This document shows positions 38,402 to 47,785 of a stretch of 64,000 bases of DNA, one piece after another. This DNA is from Candidatus Latescibacterota bacterium (GTDB taxonomy: Bacteria > Latescibacterota > UBA2968 > UBA8231), in assembly GCA_965203355.1 (NCBI GenBank), contig OZ241889.1, forward strand, positions 3,584,001 through 3,648,000. The letters run 5' to 3'. A model generated the notes under the pieces. That model was not told where the DNA came from and searched no databases. It worked only from the letters and a program-made list of their open reading frames with translations. The position numbers and the translations under genes were made by a program. Positions within the stretch are counted from its first letter, which is position 1; each line of letters opens with the position of its first letter.

Positions 38402-40096
38402 ATGGCGGCGCAGGCTATCGGTTGTTTGCTTCGGGGCATTATCGTTTGTCTCGGGGCCTTATCGCTCGCTGCCTGTAGTTCCCCCCAAAGCGACAAAAGC
38501 ATCGTAGCCCGCGTGGGTGAAGTCGCTATCACCTTCGAAGATGTACAGCGATTCAAAAGCGACATGCCTCCCCTCTTGCTCTCCGAGCGCGAGGGCGTCG
38601 CCGCACTCGAGGAATATCTCCAAGCCATGATCGACATGGAGCTCATGTTGCTAGAGGCACGAGGGAGGCAGCTCGATAGCGACCCAGATTTTATAGCGCA
38701 ATACGAACAGGCGCGAACAGAAAAGCTCTTCCAAGAATTCGTCAAGCAGGAAATCCAAGACAAAATCGAACTGCCGCCCGAGGAAATAAAGCGGCAGTGG
38801 GGGGCGAGCAAGTGGAATCGGCTCCTAAAACTCGCACGCATTCGCTCGAGTTCCGCCGACGAGGCCGCCCAAGTCGTGCGTGCCCTAGCGCGTGGGACCT
38901 CGTTTGAGGAAATGGCCGGCCAACCCCTGAGCTTCGAGCCGCCAGGAAATCTCCAAGGGGTGCAGAACGCCTATGTGGGACGAAACAACATCGAAGAGTT
39001 CGGGATTTCTCTTGATGTGGCCGAAGTCCTCTTCGAGCTCGCTAAAGGCGAGATTAGCGCGCCGTTAAAGGTCGAAGCCGGTTACGACATCTATAAGGTA
39101 TTGGACGAACGTCCCGCGCCAGCGAGCTATTACTTGATCTTTTCCCAAGGGACGCTAATGGCCGCCTTTGGCGAACGTCGGCGAGAACTCATTGCCGAAT
39201 TGATGCGGGAATACAAGGTCAAACTGGACCCTCATAGCATCTCCTATTTAGCCGCCATCGTCGCCCAAGACAATGTGGAAGCGATCGACCCGGAGGGCAT
39301 TGTGGGACGCTACGACGGGGGCCAGATAACGCTAGCGGATTTCCTAGCGCTCTACCCGAAAGTGCGACGGGTCGCCTCAGTGGGCACTGACAGTAGCGGT
39401 ATTGATGAGTTCGTCCGGCTCTACCTAGTGGCCGAGGTGCTCTTCCCCGTGGCAATCGAACGCCGCGGCTTGGCGCAGGAGCCAGCGATAGCCAACTGGT
39501 TGCGGATCAAAAAACGCGCGATGCTCATCGAAGAACTGCGCCACCGCGATGTAGAGGAACACATCGATCGGAGCGAAGACGTGCTTCGGCGCTACTACGA
39601 GGCCAATCTGCACCGCTTCATGGAAGATCGAGAAGTGACCGTGCAGGAGATTCTAGTTGCCACCCGCGAAGAGGCAGAAGCACTAGCGGCACGCATTCGA
39701 GCGGGTGAAGACATCGCGACCTTGGCTGCAAGCCACAGCATCCGCCAAGGCAACGACAAAGGCCGCTTTCACATCCACTCCTTCGAGCGGGTGGTTTTCG
39801 GCGAACTGTTGACAGAAGCCCTAGCCGCAGACGTTGGCGTGTTCACCGGTCCGGTGCCCATCACGGCGACCCCACATCGCCAAGAGGGGTTCTCGCTGTT
39901 TAAGGTGCTAAAAAAGACCCCGGAAAAGCCCAAGCCATACGACGCCGTGGTCAAACAAGTGCGCTACTGGTGGTCCAAGGGGGAAGAAAATCGCCTCTAC
40001 AACGAACTGATGGACCGCCTGCGGGAAAAGTATGCCGCACAAATCGCTATCCACGAGGATCACTTGGTGGCTATGTATGCCGCAACTCAGCTATAG
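38402..40096 (+). CDS. SurA/PrsA-like peptidyl-prolyl isomerase lipoprotein (two parvulin-like domains)
   Basis: Lipobox LAAC, IVARVGEVAIT, QEILVATREEA...GED.ATLA..HS, LREKY. Confidence 0.75.
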   Translation: MAAQAIGCLLRGIIVCLGALSLAACSSPQSDKSIVARVGEVAITFEDVQRFKSDMPPLLLSEREGVAALEEYLQAMIDMELMLLEARGRQLDSDPDFIAQYEQARTEKLFQEFVKQEIQDKIELPPEEIKRQWGASKWNRLLKLARIRSSSADEAAQVVRALARGTSFEEMAGQPLSFEPPGNLQGVQNAYVGRNNIEEFGISLDVAEVLFELAKGEISAPLKVEAGYDIYKVLDERPAPASYYLIFSQGTLMAAFGERRRELIAELMREYKVKLDPHSISYLAAIVAQDNVEAIDPEGIVGRYDGGQITLADFLALYPKVRRVASVGTDSSGIDEFVRLYLVAEVLFPVAIERRGLAQEPAIANWLRIKKRAMLIEELRHRDVEEHIDRSEDVLRRYYEANLHRFMEDREVTVQEILVATREEAEALAARIRAGEDIATLAASHSIRQGNDKGRFHIHSFERVVFGELLTEALAADVGVFTGPVPITATPHRQEGFSLFKVLKKTPEKPKPYDAVVKQVRYWWSKGEENRLYNELMDRLREKYAAQIAIHEDHLVAMYAATQL

Positions 40097-41435
40097 GGCC
40101 CTGGTTTTTTTTGCTAGCGTATTGCTTTGCGCTTGCAACGGCGACAGCGACCACTTAGCAGCAGCCAAGCGTCTAGCGGCAGCGGGCCAATACACCGATG
40201 CCGTGGCCGCGTGCCACCAAATACTCGCGGCCAATAGCCAGCACCTTGAAGCCCTCTTGCTCTTGGCCCGCCTCAATCTGATTCAAGGCCGTCTAGCACG
40301 GGCGGCGCAACTGGCCGAACAAGCCGTTCAGCTAGCCCCGGATCACGCCGATACCTATCTCCTTTTGGGCGACGTCTACATCCGGCAGCGACGCAACGCG
40401 GATGCTGCAATCATCTATCAAGAAGGGCTGCACGCGACCGTCGAGCGGGGCGACTTCTACCGCAAACTCGCCATAGCCTACGCCGACGACGGCCACTATA
40501 GCGAAGCCGTAGAAGCGCTTCAGCAAGCCCTCCAATACGCCGGCGACGCAGCCATCCACTACAATTTGGGCGTGGTGTATGAGCGGCAGGCGCGCTACGA
40601 CGAGGCCAGCCGCGCATTTGCCCGCACCACCGAGCTAGACACCTCCTATGGCGACGCTTATTTCCGGCTAGGGCAAATCCAAAGCAAGCAGGGCCTATTC
40701 GCGGAGGCTGCGGCCAACTTCGCACGCATGATCAGCTTGGACCCAAACTACGCCCCTCCCTACACTGGACTTGGTCAAGTCCGCCTGCAGCAGGGTCGCT
40801 TAGATGAAGCCGAGCGCCTTTTCAGTCAAGCCATTGCCATGGACCCCTTTGCGGGCGAAGCCTACCACCGACTTGGTACGCTCTTTTTGCGGCGGGGCGA
40901 TCAAGACCGCGGCGAGCCACTCTTGGCCATGTTCAAACGCATCCAACCCGTCAGTGCCGATATCGAGCGTTTCCGCTATATCCTCAAACTCTACCCCGAC
41001 GACGCCAACGCACACTACAACCTAGGGGTACTCTACGGAGGGCTTGGTCGCTACGCCGAGGCCGGCGTCGAGTACGCTGCGGCCTTGCGCATCAACGACC
41101 AAGACCTCAGCGCCCGCAACAACTTGGCCAACATTCTCCTGCGACAGGGACGCATTGACGAAGCGATCCACCACTACGAGATCGCGCTGGCACTCAATCC
41201 GCGCTATGCCCAAGGCTTTAACAATCTGGGCTCGGCTTATCTGCTGAACGGCGATTTGCAGCAAGCCGTCCAAGCTTTTGCCAAGGCACTCAAGCTAGCA
41301 CCTGACAATGCCGACACTCACTTCAATCTCGCCCGTCTTTACAAAAGCCAAGGGCTAGAGGCAAGGGCCACTGCTGAGATGAAGATCTACAATCAGCTTG
41401 TACAGGCTGCCCAAAAAAAAGCACACCGTGAGTGA
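40077..41435 (+). CDS. TPR-repeat lipoprotein
   Basis: Lipobox LCAC, repeated HYNLG...Y.EA...AL.. TPR units. Confidence 0.85.
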   Translation: MPQLSYRALVFFASVLLCACNGDSDHLAAAKRLAAAGQYTDAVAACHQILAANSQHLEALLLLARLNLIQGRLARAAQLAEQAVQLAPDHADTYLLLGDVYIRQRRNADAAIIYQEGLHATVERGDFYRKLAIAYADDGHYSEAVEALQQALQYAGDAAIHYNLGVVYERQARYDEASRAFARTTELDTSYGDAYFRLGQIQSKQGLFAEAAANFARMISLDPNYAPPYTGLGQVRLQQGRLDEAERLFSQAIAMDPFAGEAYHRLGTLFLRRGDQDRGEPLLAMFKRIQPVSADIERFRYILKLYPDDANAHYNLGVLYGGLGRYAEAGVEYAAALRINDQDLSARNNLANILLRQGRIDEAIHHYEIALALNPRYAQGFNNLGSAYLLNGDLQQAVQAFAKALKLAPDNADTHFNLARLYKSQGLEARATAEMKIYNQLVQAAQKKAHRE

Positions 41436-41532
41436 AGAACAGCTAAGCTTGCTGCTCTACGGCACCGCAACCATCTCCGGGGCGGTCGTTTCCACTCGAC
41501 ATGAGCAACGTCCCTAATTGGCAGGAGTAGCC

Positions 41533-42780
41533 ATGGACAAAGTGCGCTTGGCCCTCGTCGGCTGCGGCGGCATGGGCACTCGCCATCTGCACGGCCTCAA
41601 GCAGCTAGCCGACTCCCCCTTTGACGCCATCGAACTGAGCGCGGTCTGCGACATCAGCGCGGAAAACGCCGCGATGGCTGCCGCCCAAGCCGAGAAGCTC
41701 CTCGGGATCCGCCCCAAGGTCTGCGCGAATATGGAGGCGATGGTCCAACAAGTGCCGGACTTGGAGGCCGTGGACGTGGTGACCGATCCTTCAGTGCATC
41801 ACACTGTCGTCTGCGAGGCTCTCGACTTGGGATTGCACGTGCTGGTGGAAAAGCCGCTGGCCATCACCGTGCGAGCCTGCCAGCAAATCCTCGACGCAGC
41901 CACGCGCAACGAGCGCATAGTCTCGGTAGCTGAAAATTTCCGCCGCGACCCTTCGGCACGCATCGTGCGCCACCTACTCAACACCGGTGCCATCGGTACG
42001 CCCTACATGGCACTCTATCACTCCCTCGGCGCGGGCAATCCCATTTTCATCACCCCTTGGCGTCACCGCCGGGAGTTGGGCGGCTTTATTCTCGACATGG
42101 CCGTCCACTTCACCCACATGATCCGCTACCAACTCGGGGATGTTGCCGAGGTCTATGCCGATGCGCGGATGATAGAGCCGGAGCGACAAAAATCAGCATC
42201 CCTGTCCATGGACTACGAGTTCTACAAAAAGCGCTTCGCGGCCATGCCCGAGCGCATCCCGGCGGCGGCCGAGGACGCGACCCAAGCAATCTTCAAGATG
42301 GAGAGCGGCGCGACCCTGAACTGGATCGTCGGGATCGCCGGCCACGCCGACACACACCGCGAACTAATCATGGGCACCGACGGCAGCATTGATGGCTTTG
42401 GCGCGCGTGGGGGGCGCGTAACGCTTGCGCGGCGCGATGCCGCGCCCCTCAGCCAAGAGGCCATCCTCGCGGCGGCTCAGGGCGCGGACCTATCATTCGA
42501 CCCGCTGACGCGCTACCTATTTCCAAGCGGAGTCTCGGCCGGCGACCCGCTCGTTGATTTGAAGCTAATCGCCTACGAGCTACGCGAAATGGCGGAAGCC
42601 ATTCGCGGCCAACGCACCGTCGAAGTGGATGGCCGCTGTGGCTTGAAGGATGTGGCTGCGCTCTACGCGGTGTTTGAATCCTGGCGTGCCGGTGGCCCGG
42701 TGGCACTCAGCGCGGTCGAGTCCTGCCAATCGTATGCCTACCAAGCGGAGATAGACGCCACTTTGGGGATTGGACCGTAG
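41533..42780 (+). CDS. Gfo/Idh/MocA family oxidoreductase
   Basis: AGGAG RBS, LVGCGGMG, HVLVEKPLA, ENFRRDP, GGFILDMAVH. Confidence 0.9.
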   Translation: MDKVRLALVGCGGMGTRHLHGLKQLADSPFDAIELSAVCDISAENAAMAAAQAEKLLGIRPKVCANMEAMVQQVPDLEAVDVVTDPSVHHTVVCEALDLGLHVLVEKPLAITVRACQQILDAATRNERIVSVAENFRRDPSARIVRHLLNTGAIGTPYMALYHSLGAGNPIFITPWRHRRELGGFILDMAVHFTHMIRYQLGDVAEVYADARMIEPERQKSASLSMDYEFYKKRFAAMPERIPAAAEDATQAIFKMESGATLNWIVGIAGHADTHRELIMGTDGSIDGFGARGGRVTLARRDAAPLSQEAILAAAQGADLSFDPLTRYLFPSGVSAGDPLVDLKLIAYELREMAEAIRGQRTVEVDGRCGLKDVAALYAVFESWRAGGPVALSAVESCQSYAYQAEIDATLGIGP

Positions 42781-43015
42781 GCTGGCTTGCAAAGGTGAGG
42801 CCTAACTCGCAACAGGAAAGGAGCCTATCATGCCTGAACCACTTCCACGGATTTTCTCCGTGCATTGCGGCAAGCGATACGCCAGCGCATCAACGAGACC
42901 AATAAGCTCTACATTTCGCAGTTCAAGTGGCTTATGAGTGCTATTGGCCTTGCAACCGGCATCCCCATCGCCGCGATACATTCCTGAAGCCTCCGCGCCA
43001 AGAGAGGAGTATGCC

Positions 43016-43558
43016 ATGTGGAACCTCGTCAAAATCCCGGTCGAGCCGCTCGTCCCCGAGACATTTGCTCCCTTCGGCCACGTGATTCGCACCTTTGAGG
43101 AGCGCAAGCCTGACAAGGTCAAAGGCGGTTACGCCACCAACGCCTATCCGGTCCTCGCCGCGCCCGGCACCCAGCCCAAAGATGGCCCCGGCTGGTACGC
43201 ACTCCACCCGCAGCGCGTACCCCTTTCCGAAGGACTGGAACGCGCTCATTTTGCCTTTCACACGGACGCCGGCCAGTCGTTTTACCCCAGTTTGCACACA
43301 CCGAGCGTGTTTCTCGTCGGAGCGATCCAAGCCGACATCCAAGCCGAGGAGCTCCGCGCTTTTTACTCGGCAGGCGATGTGGGCGTCTGCTTACATCTGG
43401 GCGTGTGGCACACTATGCCCATCTGCGTCGAAGGCCGCGACGTGTATCAAACCACGCGCGGCGATCAAGATTATCAAGCGCACTCCGTGGAAATCGACTT
43501 CGATTTGGATCGCGGCCAATCCATTGCGCCGGATATGGGCCGTTTTAAGGGAGCTTAA
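43016..43558 (+). CDS. Ureidoglycolate lyase-like cupin
   Basis: EPLVPETFAPFGHVI, H...GQSFYP, GVCLHLGVWH. Confidence 0.7.
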   Translation: MWNLVKIPVEPLVPETFAPFGHVIRTFEERKPDKVKGGYATNAYPVLAAPGTQPKDGPGWYALHPQRVPLSEGLERAHFAFHTDAGQSFYPSLHTPSVFLVGAIQADIQAEELRAFYSAGDVGVCLHLGVWHTMPICVEGRDVYQTTRGDQDYQAHSVEIDFDLDRGQSIAPDMGRFKGA

Positions 43559-43562
43559 GCCA

Positions 43563-43883
43563 ATGCGACGAGTTGGTTTTCAGATGCAGGTCAAAAAGGA
43601 TCGAATCGCCGAGTATAAAGAAATGCACCGCCAAGTGTGGCCCGAAGTCTGCGCGGCCCTCACGCGCCACGGTTGGCACCGCTACTCGCTCTTTATGAAC
43701 GCAGACGGCCTCGTCTTCGGTTACTTTGAGACCGAAGCGGATTTTGCCACCGCCCTCAGCGGCTTTCTCGCGGAAGAGGCCACCCAGCACTGGGGGGAAG
43801 CCAACGAAGGGTTGGTCGAAATACCGGAGAGCGGCCCCAAAGACGCGCTAATCGAACTTGAAGAGGTCTTCCACCTCGATTAG
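43563..43883 (+). CDS. rhaM: L-rhamnose mutarotase family
   Basis: EYKEMHRQVWPEV...GW..YSLF...LEEVFHLD. Confidence 0.8.
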   Translation: MRRVGFQMQVKKDRIAEYKEMHRQVWPEVCAALTRHGWHRYSLFMNADGLVFGYFETEADFATALSGFLAEEATQHWGEANEGLVEIPESGPKDALIELEEVFHLD

Positions 43884-43907
43884 CACCACGCGCCCGGCGC
43901 CGCGACC

Positions 43908-46580
43908 TTAGCGGTTCTCATCGCCCTGTGGGCCGCGGTACGGCCTCATCACAAACGCCGCGCCCGTAGGCGAATGCCGTGGGTTTTCGTACACAGTCAA
44001 CAGCACACCCGCTTCCACATCCGTTGTGCGCTGCGTCCGCCCCGAAGGCCAGTGTACGCGCACGGCATCCGCTCGTTGATGTGAGCCTAAGCCGACAATC
44101 AAGGTCGCGCTGTTCTGGGCTGAAAAGCCCTCGCCCGCTCGGTGCTCGCGCAGCAGCGTCCGCCCGCCGACATCCACTTCCACTTGTGCGCCATACCCAT
44201 CGCGCGCACTCCACTCGCGTGAAACCTCGTCGCGATCGTGGCCCCCCACAAACCGCAACGCCAGGATGCGGCCGGCCTTGCTGCGGTTGGCAAACAATTC
44301 GCAGAGCGGCTCGTTGGCATTGACGACGGCCAAATCAATGCGCCCATCGCGGTCGAAGTCCAAGGTGGCGAAAGCTCGGCCATCCGCGGGCGAATCCGCC
44401 GCCGACAAACCCGACACGTCGATAAAGTCCCGGCCTTCTACATTGAGGAACAGACGGTTGCGCTGGTATCCGCTAAGCGAAGCCCCGGCGTCGAGCCGCG
44501 CCCCCACGTTGTACGTCCCATCCGTCCGGCCATGACGCACGACCGCGCGCCAAAACAGACTTCAGGTATCCTCGGCCAGCGCGACTTCGGCTGGCGGCGT
44601 GTAGTAGCCACTCAGAGCGTAGATGTCGAGGTCGCCGTCGTTATCAAAATCCAAAAACTGCCCCCCCCAACCCCAGCCCCCATCTTCCACCGGCGAGTCT
44701 GCGACGAGGGAAAAACCCTCGCTACCGTTCCGCAAGAGAGAGCTGCCCCGGGCCAACGGCGCAAACGCCGCACCCGCCCGCCCCGCCGCTTCTGCAATGC
44801 GGCGCCCCGCACTGCTGTGCATGTTGGTCACGTACAAATCTTGCCGGCCATCCCCGTCGTAATCGGCCCAGCTCGCACCCATGCCAAAGCCCGGGTCCGC
44901 AGCACCGCTCTCGGCGGTGACATCGACGAGGGCACCGCCGTCATTGCGGAGCAAGTTATTAGCGGCAAAGTCGTTGGCGAGGTAGAGATCCGGGTCGCCA
45001 TCGCGATCGTAATCAGCCCAAGTCGCCTGTAACGTATTGCGCCACACCGCCGCGTTTGCAGCAAAGCGCCCGGCACCGAAATTGCGCAGCAGGACATTGG
45101 GCGGCCCAGGCGCGTCGTGGATGAGATGGCCGATGCGGTCGCGACTTAGGTCGTACAGAGTGCGAGCGTGGTCGGCCGGCAGAAAATCGGCCAACAGCGC
45201 ACCGCCCCAAGGCGCGTCGCCGAGCGCGGCGGGCACCGCTTCGAGCAACATCCGCGCCGCATACGTGGAGAAGTACACATCGAGCAGACCGTCGCCGTTG
45301 TAATCAGCCGCCGAGACCGAAGCCGCGAGCAACGGCAAGACGCCAACGCCCAAGTCGCGGCGGACGAAGTACCCGTCCTCGTTGACCAAGTAGAGACTCG
45401 GCGCGAGCGTGCGGCCGAGAAATACATCCGGGTCGCCATCGTTGTCAAAGTCGGCGAAGAGCGCGGCCGCGGTGTGATGCTCCACATCGAGACCATATTG
45501 GGCTGCGTGCTCCGTGAACGTGCCGTCGCCGCCATTGTGCAACAGCATGTTCTGACCTTGGCGCACGGCAAGGTACAGATCGTCGTACCCATCGCCGTCG
45601 ATATCCACGACGCTGATGCCCGGATGGCGATCAAAGGCTTGGCGCGTAAAATAGCGATGCGGCGCGACAAACGCCGAGTCGCGAAAGGACTGGCGCACCA
45701 GTTCGGCGTGGCGCGCAAACCTCGCTTGGGCGCGATCCGCAGCGCGTGGGAGCACTTCGTCGAGCATTTCGGCAAACAGCGCGTGTTCCCGCGTCAGCAT
45801 CTCCAGCGATTCAGTCTCCCAGCGTCGAATCCGCCAAACGGCATCTTCCTGCTGCTGCCAGTCGAGCACCAGCCAAGCCCGAACTTGGGCGCGCGCCCCG
45901 TCTTGGGTCTGCGCCGAGGCGTCAAAGCGCAAGCGGGCTTGGTAAATCGTCTCTTCCGCGTTGAGAAAATGCCCGGTCTCAAGGTGGAAGGCCGCATAGT
46001 CGCAGGAACGCAGCGCGGCAAAAAGCGGCTCCCATAGCTGGAGGTCGACGCCGCTGACCTGCTCGGCGGGTGCAACGCGCCAGCGCTGACGCTTAAGGCC
46101 CAATGCCGGTACAATCTCAGTCGCCTCGGCCGTCTGCTCGGCGTCTGCAACATCCACGGTCGCGGCAAAAAGCGCCCGCGCTGGCGCGGCCGGCAGTGCG
46201 CCTTGGTACATCCCCAAGGCAAGCAGCGGCAGGGCCTCGCCGCTCAGGTCCTGCTGCACCGCTTCGCTGCGATCAATAGCCGCCAACAGCCGATTGCGCT
46301 CCTGCACCTTTTGCAGGGAGCGGACCGTGCCGTACCCGCCGAGCACAGCAACGCAAACGACGGGCACAATGGAAATCAGCGGCAGCCGAGGACCCCGCCA
46401 AACGAGCCAACCACCGCCAACGAGCAAGGCGATCTGCAGGACGATGATACCCTCAGTGCCAAGCGGCTGGGTCGAAAAAAAATGAGCGAAGGCCAGCGGA
46501 TTGCCGGCCAAGCCACTGAGCAGCAGGCCCACACCGGCGAGACGCCCGGCCACGCGATGGCGTTTAGTCATGGGTCTCAT
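43908..46580 (-). CDS. Membrane-anchored CRTAC1/ASPIC-UnbV protein of ~890 aa read through an in-frame UGA (44562-44564); candidate selenoprotein
   Basis: ORFs 44562..46580 and 43908..44540 are in one frame (AEDT-UGA-SLFWRAVVRH...SLSGYQRNRLFLN). The FG-GAP repeats continue across the UGA into the ASPIC/UnbV domain. Confidence 0.7.
44524..44564 (-). promoter_or_regulatory. Putative bacterial SECIS hairpin
   Basis: UGA AGUCUG UUU UGGCGCGC-GGUC-GUGCGUCA UGGC CGGAC: 8-bp upper stem, GGUC loop at +21..24, lower stem GUCUG/CGGAC. Confidence 0.6.
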
Positions 46581-46695
46581 AGGCTCAGGCTAGTGAATGG
46601 ATTGAGCGCAGTTTTTGTCGCGGCAAGCGAGCATAGTATATTAGACGCCCAATACTAGTAGAAGTAGAAAAACCAACTCAAACGGAGACTACACC

Positions 46696-47775
46696 ATGCC
46701 GGCCCGTCCCCAAATACTCATCGCCTGCAACAAGCACGTGCGCGAGCAGTACCTCGCCGCCGCTGATCTTGAACGCCTCGCCGCCTTCGCCGATTGGGAC
46801 TGGTTCGAATGCAAAGGCGGCGGCATTTACGACACCAACGCAGATCCCGAGATCGCCCGGGCGCTAGGCGATCGGTTGGGTCGGTACGACGGCTTGATCG
46901 TCTGCCACGGCTGCCCGACGGTCAACGCCGCGATCCTCGATCAAGCCCCCAACCTAAAGATCATCGGCGAACTCGAAGGCGACCGCTTTGCCAGCCGCAT
47001 TGATGTCGAAGCCGCCTGGGCGCGCGGCGTCTGCACGGTCGATACGACCAACGGCTCGTCGTATCCAGTGTCCGAATGGGCCTTGGCGCTCATCCTCATC
47101 GCCCTGCGCAACGCGGGTGCCCAATTCCGCCGCCTCATCGCCGGCGACGTGCGCGCTCGTCCGCCCACCGATTTTGGCTTCATCCACGGCGATCTGACCG
47201 GCAAGCGCGTCGGCCTGATCGGCTGCGGACACATTGGCCGACGGCTCATCCAGTTTTTGCGCCCCTTCCACACCGAAGTGTGGGTGTTCGATCCCTATCT
47301 GGCGCGCGAGTTGGCCGACGCGGTCGGCTTTCTCAAAACCTCGTTGGACAACGTGATGTCCCAGTGCGACGCCATCGTCTGCCTGGCTCCGCACACCCCG
47401 CGCACCGAGCGCATGCTTGGCCAACGGGAGTTAGACCTGATCCGGCCGGGTGCGGTATTCGTCAATGTGTCGCGGGGCAAAGTGGTGGACTCAGACGCGC
47501 TGGTGAGGCGGCTCAAGCGGGGCGACATCGTCGCCGGTTTAGACGTGTTCGACCCGGACGCGGGCGCGGACAACGCCTATGGCGACAAAGAGATCCTCGG
47601 CCTCGAAAACGCCTTCGTCACCCCCCACATCGCCGGCGTAACCGCGCAGAGCTATCCGCGCTTTTTCACGCTGATGGTCGATGAGCTCGACCGCTTCTTC
47701 CACGGGCACGAGACCCTCTTCGACCTAACGCCGCGCTCCATCGCCAACCGCCGAGGCCGCGAGTTAGCTGAATAG
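46696..47775 (+). CDS. D-isomer-specific 2-hydroxyacid dehydrogenase
   Basis: VGLIGCGHIG, FVNVSRGKVVD, AGLDVFDP, TPHIAG. Confidence 0.9.
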   Translation: MPARPQILIACNKHVREQYLAAADLERLAAFADWDWFECKGGGIYDTNADPEIARALGDRLGRYDGLIVCHGCPTVNAAILDQAPNLKIIGELEGDRFASRIDVEAAWARGVCTVDTTNGSSYPVSEWALALILIALRNAGAQFRRLIAGDVRARPPTDFGFIHGDLTGKRVGLIGCGHIGRRLIQFLRPFHTEVWVFDPYLARELADAVGFLKTSLDNVMSQCDAIVCLAPHTPRTERMLGQRELDLIRPGAVFVNVSRGKVVDSDALVRRLKRGDIVAGLDVFDPDAGADNAYGDKEILGLENAFVTPHIAGVTAQSYPRFFTLMVDELDRFFHGHETLFDLTPRSIANRRGRELAE

Positions 47776-47785
47776 CGAGGTCCGC

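Noticed and set aside
41428-41517. Short GTG ORF (MSEEQLSLLLYGT...) overlapping the TPR stop
   Set aside because: 29 codons with no family evidence; may be a deletion remnant.
42810-42937. 35-aa ORF with strong RBS (MPEPLPRIFSVH...)
   Set aside because: No recognisable motif; possibly a gene remnant, not supportable as a CDS.
44562-44564. Genome-wide UGA reassignment (code 4/25)
   Set aside because: UGA ends genes at their expected C-termini elsewhere (1187-1189, 12427-12429, 26207-26209, 30280-30282).
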